Shown: positions 11,980 through 23,900 of the stretch, piece by piece
How positions within the stretch are numbered: the stretch's first letter is position 1
Layout: the number at the start of each line of letters is the position of its first letter
Origin: Octopus bimaculoides
Taxonomy: Eukaryota
Reading direction: 5' to 3'
Assembly (NCBI RefSeq): GCF_001194135.2
Contig: NC_068982.1
Coordinates: forward strand, 101,226,175-101,269,496
Length of the DNA stretch: 43,322 bases
Made by a program: the position numbers and the translations under genes
The notes under the pieces: generated by a model
Databases searched by the model: none
What the model saw: only the letters and a program-made list of their open reading frames with translations
Told to the model about the DNA's origin: nothing

Positions 11980-12180
11980 TTGATTAGATCCGGTCAGGTT
12001 TAAGCAGACCGATGATTAATGGCATTACAGCTGACATCGTCATTCTCTTAGTCATTGCATATTTACGAGTTCACAATTGAATGTGTTGTTCTCGTAGAGG
12101 GTTGCGTATAATTTGAGGGAAGTTCGGTCGATTTTTATAGCAGTACAGGCCATTACGTAGAGGCTCCCTTGTTGACTCGT
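11980..12180 (-). mobile_element. Family E copy, degraded
   Basis: Reverse complement contains ACTGCTATAAAAATCGACCGAACTTCCCTCAAATT..GCTGTAATGCCATTAATCATCGGTCTGCTTAAACCTGACC. Confidence 0.6.
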
Positions 12181-13234
12181 AATTTTTTAATGTTGAAGTA
12201 TGTGTGCGTGTGTATGTGTGTGTATGTATAAAATAATAACGACAGAAGTAGTATTAATACTAAAAGTTAATATTTATCACAACTAAAAGTGGATGTTCTT
12301 TTAGAGCATAGAATACTGCGATAGTTGCCATAAGAGAACCTCCAATATAAGCTTTTTGGTGCGTATAAGCACCCTTATTTGTACTGCTAGCTGAAGATAA
12401 TCAACAGCCATCGCTACCGTTAGGACTACCAGAACACGTGATTTCTGCCTTGCCAACAGTAGACACAAGATATACGACACATAATATGATTAAGAAGTTC
12501 ACTTCAGATGCAACTCTGTGATTTCAGTTTCGATTCTACTGCACACCAACTTGAACACGTCTTGTACCAGAGCTTTGGGTCGACCAAAGGAGAGAAATTT
12601 GGTAGATGGAAACGTAATTCATCGCCAGGCTTAACACCACCGCCTGGGCCATGGATGCCTTTAGCAGAGTCCACTCTGTTGTAAGAATTCCAGCCAGGTG
12701 TGCGATCTGAGTATAACTTCCATCACTAGTCACGGAAGTACTGAAAAGAGTGATAGGTTCTATCGTTTCGAATTTGACTGTGGAGTGATAGGAAAATAAA
12801 AAGGTTAAATAAATGTTTATGCAGAAGATAGGAAAAAAACCGAATTACTATTACAAAGAACAGATATGAAAGATGCCTACAGAGAACGAATTGTTTGCAG
12901 CATTGTTTTTAATCTGACAAAAAAACAAAAAACAAAAAAAAACAGAAACACTAGTGGGACTTCAGTTACCATTTCTCTTATTGTTGGATTCTATTTTATG
13001 AATTGAATAGATGTTATTGATAACGTTGAAGTGTGTTCAGTCTCTGGAGGAAGCAAAATATTGTTTTAAAAAAACTGAATACGGAATAAGTAATTCAATG
13101 ATTACGAGACAAACAACTATTTCAAGATAAACAAAAACAAATACATTTCGGTTTCGGAAATGAACTTTAGTTAATTTCTTAAAGCTTCTTAGTCACAAAG
13201 TTTTTGTGCCATATCTGTTACAGAAATGTAATTT

Positions 13235-14000
13235 CATCTTTACATTTACAGAATTGCATTGAAGCCTTACTGTAACAAAAATCAAATCATCTCTTACCTT
13301 TACAAAATTGTAACGTGTCCTACAATCATATATTGTATCATGTCCCTAACACTGACAAAATCGTATTGTATTCCTAACATTGTATTGCGTCCTACAAATT
13401 TTAAAAGGTATTGTGTCCTACACTGACAAAAATGCATTGTTTCCTAACATTTACAAATACTTACCTTACAAAATTGTATGTTGAGTCCCTAAGACACAAA
13501 ATTAAATTTTATCTCTTATGCTCATCCAACTGTATTTTTTCCTTTACTTAGAAAAACACATTGTATGTCCCAAACATTTACAAAATTGCTTTGCTGCTTC
13601 TAAAACTTACTACACATGTTGTTTCCCTTAAACTTACAAAATTCTTACACTTACAGAATCACATTTTATTCCTTACACTTGCAAAATTGCATCGTGTTCG
13701 TAACCTTTTCAAAACTGTTTTCTTTCTTAAGCTTACAAAATAGTTTTTTGTCCCAAACTCACAAATTAGTAACTTATCCCAATACTTACTTCTGTTTTTG
13801 TTGTTCTTAGTACTGTTATTGTTGATGCTGTTTATTCCATGTACTGTATCAACTGTATTGTGTCAAACATTTGCATAATTATGCTGTTTCCTAACACTTA
13901 CAACATTGTATTGTACCCTACACACACAACAGTACATCGTGATACGAACTCTTTCAAAACTGTATTGTGTCTCTAATACTTACAGAATTATATTTTACAC
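13235..14000. repeat. Degenerate ~27-28-bp minisatellite
   Basis: Many imperfect units resembling CTTACACTTACAAAATTGTATTGTGTCC, e.g. CTTACCTTTACAAAATTGTAACGTGTCC and CTAACACTGACAAAATCGTATTGTATTC. Interrupted near 13790-13840. Confidence 0.8.
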
Positions 14001-14295
14001 AATTGCGTTTGATCTTCCGTTGGAAAACTTCATACAAATCAACTGAATTGTTATTGGTGGAAGAAAAGAAAGATGAGGTGGCAGAAAGAATAGATTGCAG
14101 GATTTAGTTTTGTTCCTTAAGGTTTAAAGCTGAGACTTTTTTAGCTTTGATAAAATGTATACAAGTTATATACTGAGTTCATATTATCGCCCGCATAATA
14201 CTATGCGCCTATGTTAATGCGACAAATCACATTATTCTCATTCTCTATTGTTGTTGTTATTATTATAATTATTATTAAGAAATAATTATTATCAC

Positions 14296-14470
14296 GGCAG
14301 CGAGCTGGCAGAATCATTAGCAAGCCAGGAAAAATACTTAGCAGCAGTTCGTCTGCTTTTACGTTCTGAGTTCAAATGCCGCCGGGGTCGACTTTGCTTT
14401 TCGGTGTCGATGTAATCGACTTACCCACTCCTCCGAAATTGCTGGCCTTGTGCTAAATTTTGAAACCTCT
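14296..14470 (+). mobile_element. SINE family B with internal deletion
   Basis: GGCAGCGAGCTGGCAGAATCATTAGC (A box), GAGTTCAAATGCC (B box), GGGGTCGACTTTGC; lacks the central AAGTACCAG segment seen in other copies. Confidence 0.9.
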
Positions 14471-14523
14471 ATTGTTGTTGTTGTTTCTGTTGTTGTCGCC
14501 GGCGTCATTGTCTGGCTAGTGTC

Positions 14524-14671
14524 AGTTTTCTCTGATGTCATTGGCGACAACTTCGAATCGAACCTATTTACTTGAAATTTGAAACTAACATTTATGTTGT
14601 CAAAGTTGCTTTGACACGGTACTTTCGACAAACAGTGTTAGAGTGAAAAGAAGGAGGAGGAAGAAGAGAAG
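14524..14671 (+). other. Candidate non-coding first exon of a + strand host gene
   Basis: Inr-like TCAGTT at 14522-14527, purine-rich GAAGAAGAG end and strong donor AAG|GTGAGT (intron starts 14672). Confidence 0.35.
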
Positions 14672-14930
14672 GTGAGTTGGTCATTTCATATAATAAATGA
14701 CATCTATAAATAAAACCACAGGAAACAAGCATGGAACAAACAACAAACACCAAACAACGACGACGACAGTGATAACAACAGAAATAGAAGAAGTAGGCAA
14801 TAAGAAAACAGTTTAATGTTTTGTGTATTGGACAGAAGGTTTAGGTGAGGTCTGACACATTGTTGTCAGTAAACTGTAGAATACAAGAATATTGTTTTCT
14901 CACTTGACTCCCTATTTTTTTTATATACAG

Positions 14931-15506
14931 CCGGCAAGAAGAATAGCGAAAAAGTCAAAAGTCGCCGATCAACTTTCGGTCATTTACGCAATAATTTAGA
15001 CAAATAAAACATCTTTGAAAGCGATGGAGTTCTGCAGAAATGGTTCGAATGATTGTAACCAAGAACAAATAGAATAAAACAAAAGAGAAGATGAATGTGG
15101 CTAAAAGAAGAAGAAAAAAAAAACCAAGCAAACAACTTAAAGATAGTTGTAGCAGTATAGAAAAAAAATAATAGATAAAAAAATATTAATAAACGAAGAG
15201 AATCAGTTAAAACGGGACAAACTGAAATAAAGAGAAATATAAAACATCGCTGGGAATGTCCTTGGCGTCTTCTAGAAAGAATTTAAATTTGAACAAAATA
15301 AAACGAACGAACAGCTTAAGGGGCTCTTGTTTGTTGGGATATTCTGGAAAAATAAAAACATGTTACAGAAAACAAGAAGAAAAAGAAGAAAAAAAAAAAC
15401 CTGCCGACAATTGAACAATGTTATTTGTCTCCAGAACGGTCCTGCACTCAATATTTAATGGCTGCTGTCAAGCAGAAGTAGCCATCACTCCCTGTTCCCA
15501 ATGAAG
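14931..15506 (+). other. Candidate 5' UTR exon ending in ATG AAG, containing a 28-aa uORF
   Basis: Acceptor TTTTTTTTATATACAG| at 14930 gives a 259-nt GT-AG intron from 14672. A-rich body. uORF 15418-15504 (MLFVSRTVLHSIFNGCCQAEVAITPCSQ*). Donor AAG|GTGATT at 15507. Confidence 0.3.
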
Positions 15507-15602
15507 GTGATTGCAGCTATATACTCTCACACGATGTTTCTGTCGTCCTTTTTTTTCTCTTTTCCTTCCTTACCTTCTTTATTCTCTCTGTCTCTCTCTG
15601 TT

Positions 15603-15675
<73 letters not shown>

Positions 15676-16159
15676 NNNNNNNNNNNNNNNNNNNNNNNNN
15701 NNNNNNNNNNNNNNNNNNNNNNNNNNNNNNNNNNNNNNNNNNNNNNNNNNNNNNNNNNNNNNNNNNNNNNNNNNNNNNNNNNNNNNNNNNNNNNNNNNNN
15801 NNNNNNNNNNNNNNNNNNNNNNNNNNNNNNNNNNNNNNNNNNNNNNNNNNNNNNNNNNNNNNNNNNNNNNNNNNNNNNNNNNNNNNNNNNNNNNNNNNNN
15901 NNNNNNNNNNNNNNNNNNNNNNNNNNNNNNNNNNNNNNNNNNNNNNNNNNNNNNNNNNNNNNNNNNNNNNNNNNNNNNNNNNNNNNNNNNNNNNNNNNNN
16001 NNNNNNNNNNNNNNNNNNNNNNNNNNNNNNNNNNNNNNNNNNNNNNATATATATATATATAGTTGCTAACTCGCATACACTGTAGTTCATGTCACTTAAT
16101 CGTGGTCATATCTAAGTTTAAGGCCCTGTTTACTTTACACATGCGCAGAGGTAGCCTCA

Positions 16160-16325
16160 ATGTTGTTGTTCGATATTCTAGAAGTTACCAGCTAAACCTT
16201 CCTCAAATTACATTTTGAAAGGGAAGAAAACATTTTACATAGTCCTATGTGTATCATTAATAAAGATGACATTGGCTGGAATGCTTTTCATAATAATTCT
16301 GCCCACTCAGAGTTGGTCTGGCAAA
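16160..16325 (+). mobile_element. Family E copy, degraded
   Basis: CTAGAAGTTACCAGCTAAACCTTCCTCAAATTAC..GGCTGGAATGCTTTTCATAA. Confidence 0.6.
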
Positions 16326-16584
16326 GGTGAAGGAGAAAAAAGCAAAAGGGGAGGAGGAGAGGAGGAGGACTCATCTTCCTTCTCTTCATCTGTGCCTAAG
16401 GGGAAAAGATCAAAATTTCATTGTATTTTCAGAATTAATAAGATATGTGTATGCAACGCTTCTTCTTTAATGACTAAGAAAAGCAGGCAATAGTTGAAGG
16501 AAGGGCTCAATATGACTTCGAAGTTTCCTCAAGCAAGGCTGAAGGTGTTTGATGAAATCGGTGAAACATAGAAGTCTATGATAA

Positions 16585-16739
16585 TGTTTGGCTGTGTAGT
16601 AAGAAGCTTGCTTCACAACAACATGGTACCGTGTTTCAGTTCCACTGAGTGGCAACTTGGGCAAGTCTCTTCCACTATAACCTCGAGCTGACCAAAGCCA
16701 TTGTGAGTGGATATGGAGGACGAAAACTGAAAGAAATCA

Positions 16740-16783
<44 letters not shown>

Positions 16784-17085
16784 AAGCACTAGATAGTACT
16801 TCTGTGGCTATTAAGTTATCTTGACTCTTATTTCTAGTAATACTGGTGCTGATCAGTGCCTTTTGTCATTTTAGAAACGTATATATTTCTGCCTATATAT
16901 ACATGTGTGTGTGTGTTTGTGTGTCCCATCACTGGTGTCGGTGTGTTTATGTACCCGTAGAATAAGAACCCGGTTTAAAACAAGAACTAGGACCAATTCA
17001 TTCGAAAAAATTATTCAAGGCTGTGCCCCGGCACGGATGGCTGCAGTCTAATGACTGAAAACAAGTAAAATAAAGATAAAAGGTA
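16585..17085 (+). mobile_element. Composite SINE: A module, TA/TG spacer, D module
   Basis: A module 16585-16745 (GGCAACTTGGGCAAGTCTCTTCCACTATAAC..GAAAACTGAAAGAA), (TA)n plus about 130 bp plus (TG)n, D module about 16920-17085 (GCAGTCTAATGACTGAAAACAAGTAAAA). Confidence 0.8.
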
Positions 17086-17272
17086 TAATTAGTGTCAGTT
17101 TGTGTGTGTGTGTATGCGTGTGTGTGTGTGTGTATATATATATNNNNNNNNNNNNNNNNNNNNNNNNNNNNNNNNNNNNNNNNNNNNNNNNNNNNNNNNN
17201 NNNNNNNNNNNNNNNNNNNNNNNNNNNNNNNNNNNNNNNNNNNNNNNNNNNNNNNNNNNNNNNNNNNNNNNN

Positions 17273-17303
<31 letters not shown>

Positions 17304-17974
17304 TACGTAGACACCAATTCATCCACACAACTGAATTTTGAAGATTTTGTCTGCGCACTTTTCTGCCAATTGCGACAGCTTTTTTCTTTTTTCTTCTGTT
17401 TTTTATTTTTTAAATTTTTTTAAGAAGACAGGTTGTCATGTGATATCTGACTGTTATTTCTAGCACGTCGGACGAATCACACAGAAATTTCCTTTGTAAG
17501 AGTAATGCGATCGAATCAATCTAAATCAATTAAGAATTGATCTGAATTTAGTTTGTTTATGACTGCGTTAAGCGGGGTTTGAAATACAAAACACCAAATT
17601 TACATTAGCAGGCAGCTCTGGTTAACAAAATATAGTGGGGTTTTTTTTGGGTAATAGATAAGATAGTTGAAAAAGATGGATTTGATAATAAAGCCAGATG
17701 ACAAAATGTAGATGTATAATATACACACCCTTGAGGATATACGGTCTATAATATATTCATTATCACTACATTGGTACAGTAAGACATCCGTTTTACAAAA
17801 CTCACACATATACACATATATAGAGCTACGTGTAAACAAATTCTGCTCTGTTATGTCTGCTATAACATTTAGTCTTCTTCACTTCCTGGTGTGTGTATCC
17901 ACTGCCATGATTAGTTTTCCTTTGCCTTTACATTATTTTTGTGGTTATTAATAATAAAGAAAAGACTCTAGTGC

Positions 17975-18100
17975 ATGGTAGAGTCGGTAGAGCGCCAGAC
18001 AAAATGCCTTGCTAAATATAATCACGTCTCTTTTACATTCTTAGTTCAAATAATAAGGAGTTTCATAATGATTTCCATTCTTCTGGGTCGATAAGAATGA
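17975..18100 (+). mobile_element. Degraded SINE family B
   Basis: TGGTAGAGTCGGTAGAGCGCCAGACAAAATGC..TAGTTCAAAT..GGGTCGATAAG. Confidence 0.55.
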
Positions 18101-18199
18101 AAAGAGTGTGAGAAAGGAGATAAATTAAATAAGAATAAAAGCTCTTACCTATTCGCTGCATTCCCAAGATGGAGTAAGAAACAAAAAAAAACCTTCTGT

Positions 18200-18415
18200 G
18201 CAGTCACTTAACCTGCTAGAAATAGCAGACAAACCTTCCTTAACTTAAAACCGTGCCTTTCAGTTAAAAAACAACAACAAACAAAACAACTGGTAGAACA
18301 CATTGTATAAGATGTGTATGGTGCATGCATATATATATATACACTAAGTTTGAAAATAAAAGACGGTTGGAATGCCCTTGATTGATCAGAGCTAGCCGAG
18401 GAGCTAAAACAATCT
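18200..18415 (+). mobile_element. Family E copy
   Basis: TTAACCTGCTAGAAATAGCAGACAAACCTTCC..GGTTGGAATGCCCTTGATTGATCAGAGCTAGCCGAGGAGCTAAAACAA. Confidence 0.7.
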
Positions 18416-18519
18416 ATTACGAGTGCAACGATAATATTCATCTCAAACACAGAATGGATGGCATAGAGTATTTCATGGGGAAAGGTATAGTCCTTAAGAT
18501 CAATCCTAGTACGCCTCTG

Positions 18520-18625
18520 ATGAAGTTTTTCCAACTCCTGAAGGATAAAAGTCAAAATTAATATTGTGAGGATTTGAACCCATGACTCAAAGATCAGCAA
18601 GTAAATAGCGCAGGACATTTGGACG
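18520..18625 (-). mobile_element. Highly degraded SINE family B
   Basis: CTCCTGAAGGATAAAAGTCAAAATT..GGATTTGAACCCATGACTCAAAGA aligns by eye to CCCCGAAAGGATGAAAGGCAAAGTCG..GAATTTGAACTCAGAACG. Confidence 0.5.
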
Positions 18626-19210
18626 TTAAAGATCAATAAGTCAGTCTGAGAGGGAGAAAGCATGGGTCAGAGAGAGAGAGAGTGGGGGTGGGGAAAGAGC
18701 GCGATAGAACACAGCAGGTAGATTGTGTAGGTATTTATTATTCAACCTGCATTTAGTTATCCAGGGCATCTACAGATTAGACAGTGCTGTGGTACAGTTG
18801 TTTTGTAGACTAGACGTTTTCTGAGACACATGAAAAGGCTGAAAGTACATGAAGCACCAGAGAAAGAGGCTGAATACTCTCACAGACATATAAATGTATA
18901 CATGTGAATATAACACACACACACACACACACACACATACACACAAACGTATAGAGTGAGAGAGAAATGGTGGAAAAATAGATATTACCAATTAGACAGG
19001 TGTGTGTGAGTGTGTGTGTGTATGAAATAGAGAGACAAGAAGATTTTAGGAGATGAACAAATATACTGAAGCAAGTACATTAAGAGATTGACAGATTATA
19101 TCTGAGGAGAGAGCAAAAGCGATTGATAAAGAGGAAGTAAGGTGAAGAGATAGAATCAGGAAACAGACGATCAACGATAACGATTGCGTGTTTAGGTGTA
19201 TGGTGCATGC

Positions 19211-19251
<41 letters not shown>

Positions 19252-20494
19252 NNNNNNNNNNGTGTGTGTGTGTGTGTGTGTGTGTATGCATGTATGTATG
19301 TATTTATTTACGCATGTGTGTGCGTGTATTTATGTGTGTTGTGTATAAATGTATTTCTCTTCTCAGCTTCTCTCTCACCTCTCTTTCACAGTCTCATCAT
19401 TTCTTTCTCTTTCAACTAGAGCCTCTAGCTCTTTCTGCCTTCTTTTCTCTCTCCCTTTGTTCTCCTTCCTTCGCTTACTGTCTCTCTGTCTCTTCCCGTA
19501 CCGCCTCATACTCTCTCTTTTACTAACATAAGCAAACAGATTTTATCAATGGACGTTATATATATATATATATATATATATGTAGGATATTGTAAACACT
19601 CGCAGTATGAGATCGGAAAAGAACAGCTCACTCACTGATGGCTATCGAACTGAGTGTTCCCCGTCTGACAACCTATATGTTATATTATATGTGTAACCCA
19701 GTGTAAGTTCTTCGTCGGCAAATAATAAGAACTAATAATTTAAGCGTTTGAATATGTTTTATGATGTGAAGAAAAAGAAGAGAAATATGCTAACTTTGGA
19801 AGTCCTTTGAGGAACCAAACATAAAAATCTTAACACTGAGACGCACAAACCACGAATGTATATCATAGTGTTGAGATTTGTATTTTTTGAAAAAATGCAA
19901 GCATATGAAACGTTAGACGCCTTTACTTCCACAAAGCATAAAACATTATATTCTACTCTTTAAGATACGTACATAGTACAAGATTGGTAGGTGTCTAAAA
20001 AATAATGGCTAAAAAATTTAGGCTTATAAAGGCCCTAGAGGAAAGTATACAACAACCGAAGTAACACGATTTCAATCGAGTTAGATTTCATCCTTTGTCC
20101 TCTGAGATTATATCAGTTATTGTTCCGAACAAATTATTTGCCGACTTAGATTAACATAGATTTAAGTAATACAGAAGTAATCAAGTCACCTACTCTACAG
20201 CTTCTACATAAGCGTTTTGATCACTAATTGTGTTATTTTTTATTATAGTCTCTCAAGCTTTCAGCTCAAATCTTGCTGCACCTAACTTTGCTCTCACCAC
20301 TCTAGGGTCGATGAATTAATGCGCCAGCCAAATACGGGCCTGTTGTCATCAACTTCACCGTTCTCTTATGTACAAACTGTAGTGGTCGTGTACTGATATT
20401 TGTCAGCATCATGGTAGTTGATTACAAATATAAAGGAAAACAGGATTAATGTTTAACTCGCAGTGTCATGTCAATCATCTAAACTTATACACAT

Positions 20495-20535
<41 letters not shown>

Positions 20536-20547
20536 ACATGTACACAT

Positions 20548-20710
20548 CCACGACACGCTTCTGCACAGCTTCAGTTCGGTAAATATCACTCACAAGATTA
20601 CTGATTCACTCGAGACCACAGAACAAACCACTTGTCCAATATGGCGCGCACCAATATCGAACCTGGAACCTAGTAGTCATGAAGCGAATTATTTAACTAC
20701 ACAGCTATGT
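20548..20710 (-). mobile_element. Degraded SINE family A
   Basis: CTTCAGTTCGGTAAATATCACTCACAAG..CCACTTGTCCAA..ATCGAACCTGGAACC..TAACTACACAGCTATG. Confidence 0.65.
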
Positions 20711-20775
20711 TTGCAATTATGTACATACGCTGATACATAAATGCGACACACACGCGCACGCACACACACACACAC

Positions 20776-20826
<51 letters not shown>

Positions 20827-21294
20827 CATCTGTATGTATATGCATGTACAATTCCACTGATTAAATACCGCAAGGCTCCTGCTGTTATGAATTATTCTGT
20901 TGATGCCAGAATTCAAATTACTGATGTTGCTATAACAGCTGTACGTTTCATGAAATATTTAACCAGAACTCTCTTGTTGGAAACAGCTGTGCTAGGAACA
21001 CGAAGAACTTGATTTCAGACAACAGCAAAAGAGCAGCAGGCTTCCGGTATTTAACCAATGCAACTGTGCCAATATCAACTCATGCCCACTTGATTGCAAA
21101 TAACTCAGCACCTTTTCCCTTCTCTGCCTCAGTTATCCCAAACCTTTCACGTTTTATCCGCTTTAACACTCCTCCCTAATAAACACATCCTTTCTTCACA
21201 ACTCTATCGTAGCTAATTACATCCGCTGTTCTCCTGCTTAGCGGTCTATTTATCCCCTGCTACATATTCCTTTTACTCTTTATATCTTCTCTTT

Positions 21295-21681
21295 ACGTGG
21301 AGGCGCAATGGCCCAGTGGTTAGGGCAGCGGACTCGTGGTCATAGGATCACGGTTTCAATTCCCAGACCGGGCGTTGTGAGTGTTTATTGAGCGAAAACA
21401 CCTAAAGCTCCACAAGGCTCCAGCAGGGGATGGTGGCGAACCCTGCTGTACTCTTTTACCACAACTTTCTCTCACTCTTACTTCCTGTTTCTGTTGTGCC
21501 TGTAATTCAAAGGGTCAGCCTTGTCACACTGTGTCATGCTGAATATCCCTGAAAACTACGTTAAGGGTACACGTGTCTGTGGAGTGCTCAGCCACTTGCA
21601 CGTTAATTTCACGAGCAGGCTGTTCCGTTGATCGGATCAACTGGAACCCTCGACGTCGTAAGCGACGGAGTGCCAACAACA
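21295..21681 (+). mobile_element. Full-length tRNA-derived SINE (family C here) with double-hairpin tail
   Basis: GGAGGCGCAATGGCCCAGTGGTTAGGG (A box), GGTTTCAATTCCC (B box), tail GTTCCGTTGATCGGATCAACTGGAAC..CGTCGTAAGCGACG..GTGCCAACAACA. Candidate 8-bp TSD CTTCTCTT at 21286-21293 and 21682-21689. Confidence 0.9.
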
Positions 21682-21892
21682 CTTCTCTTAGTATTCCTTG
21701 ACTCTTCACTTTCTCTTCTTTTCGGCCTCTGATTCATCAAATATATAACACCTGTGTAAGTCTGTGATTTATGATATAACCTATTCATTTCGAAAGTAGT
21801 CTCGCGAAACTCAGAGTAACAAAGGTGAAAAATTTATTGCAATTAGTATTTTGTCGTTATTGTTGTTATCATCACGATTATTACTATTGTCA

Positions 21893-22112
21893 TTGAGAGG
21901 ACAAAACCGTTAGCACGCCGGACAAAATGCTTAGTGGCACTTTCGTTCGCCTTTATGCTCTGTGTTCAAATTCCGTCGGGGTCGACTTTGGTTTTCATCC
22001 TTTCGGGGTCGATAAATTAAGTACCAGTTGTGTACTGGGGTCGATGTAAATAACTAGCCTCCTCCCACCAAAGTTTTCGGCCTTATGCCTATGCAGAAAA
22101 GATTATTATTAA
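21893..22112 (+). mobile_element. SINE family B (tail type 1)
   Basis: AAACCGTTAGCACGCCGGACAAAATGCTTAG..GTTCAAATTCC..CATCCTTTCGGGGTCGATAAATTAAGTACCAG..GGCCTTATGCCTATGCAGAAAAGATTATT. Confidence 0.92.
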
Positions 22113-22651
22113 CTACTGTGTCCTTTTTCCTTATACGTATATATACCCATTCGCACACAGATATCTGTATGCCCATACATACATACATGTATACATACAT
22201 ACATGTATGTATGTATGTATGTATGTATGTATGTATGTATGTATATTATGTATGTACGTATGCATGTATGAAGGTAGGTAAGTGTGTATGTATGATTATT
22301 CTTTTCACCGGAGTGTGGCCTACATATTGTCATTTCATCAAGCAACACACTCAGTAGTTGGAGGTGTATTGAAGGCAAGGGTCAAAGCAGAGCAGCCAAC
22401 ATTATGTTCGTTTATGATTGAACGCGTGTCATGTGACTGAACATGTTGTTGCAAGAGCCAAGGGGGAGTGTTCTTTGTGTGGATGAATGAGGGGAGAGAA
22501 CTACAGCGCTTTGAGGGAATGGCAAGTGATGGATAGTGGCATCTAGTCAATGGACAGTGGCAGGTTAGATGAGATCATGATCTCGAAGACAATGAGATGT
22601 CAAGTAAAAAGAGAGGCGAGTTTTGAAAGAGAGTGGGAGGAGAAAGGGCGA

Positions 22652-22719
<68 letters not shown>

Positions 22720-23845
22720 NNNNNNNNNNNNNNNNNNNNNNNNNNNNNNNNNNNNNNNNNNNNNNNNNNNNNNNNNNNNNNNNNNNNNNNNNNNNNNNNN
22801 NNNNNNNNNNNNNNNNNNNNNNNNNNNNNNNNNNNNNNNNNNNNNNNNNNNNNNNNNNNNNNNNNNNNNNNNNNNNNNNNNNNNNNNNNNNNNNNNNNNN
22901 NNNNNNNNNNNNNNNNNNNNNNNNNNNNNNNNNNNNNNNNNNNNNNNNNNNNNNNNNNNNNNNNNNNNNNNNNNNNNNNNNNNNNNNNNNNNNNNNNNNN
23001 NNNNNNNNNNNNNNNNNNNNNNNNNNNNNNNNNNNNNNNNNNNNNNNNNNNNNNNNNNNNNNNNNNNNNNNNNNNNNNNNNNNNNNNNNNNNNNNNNNNN
23101 NNNNNNNNNNNNNNNNNNNNNNNNNNNNNNNNNNNNNNNNNNNNNNNNNNNNNNNNNNNNNNNNNNNNNNNNNNNNNNNNNNNNNNNNNNNNNNNNNNNN
23201 NNNNNNNNNNNNNNNNNNNNNNNNNNNNNNNNNNNNNNNNNNNNNNNNNNNNNNNNNNNNNNNNNNNNNNNNNNNNNNNNNNNNNNNNNNNNNNNNNNNN
23301 NNNNNNNNNNNNNNNNNNNNNNNNNNNNNNNNNNNNNNNNNNNNNNNNNNNNNNNNNNNNNNNNNNNNNNNNNNNNNNNNNNNNNNNNNNNNNNNNNNNN
23401 NNNNNNNNNNNNNATATATATATATATATATATATATATAAAGATATATGTATATATATTGTAATGCATTAATATGAAAATAGGCTGTTAGTCGGCGAAG
23501 ATGAAAGAAAAGAAAGCATAATAATAATGATTACATCCTTTGAACATTGCCCTGATAATCAGCGCAAAATCTCAGAAACACGTGCATGCATGTGCAACCA
23601 TATAGGCACACACAGACAGACTCTTATGGACACTCCCAAACACACACATACACCCATGCACCCACATACATATGCACAAATATACAAACACCTTCCCCTT
23701 TATGTCACTGTCTAGAAGTGTTAGATAAGACTATGGGTACAGCTCTTCTTTCATCCAAGTACTGAAAAACTAAACCACACTCACTCCTGTGAACACATTG
23801 ATAAACGTTTATAAAGATCTAAGTATACATACATCATACACACCA

Positions 23846-23900
<55 letters not shown>

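Noticed and set aside
14599-14617. Palindrome TGTCAAAG-TTG-CTTTGACA and other short hairpins (about 7825, about 36648)
   Set aside because: Stems of 8-11 bp are within chance expectation and have no other support.
18208-18663. 151-aa minus-strand ORF
   Set aside because: Overlaps degraded family E and B repeats; no domain or splice support.
20872-21012. Frame ..ITDVAI..ETAVLGT resembling restriction-like endonuclease LINE C-termini
   Set aside because: Only two short words match, with the wrong spacing.
21299-21375. tRNA-like sequence as a true tRNA gene
   Set aside because: No proper acceptor stem, and it continues into a 300-bp SINE body; this is a SINE head.
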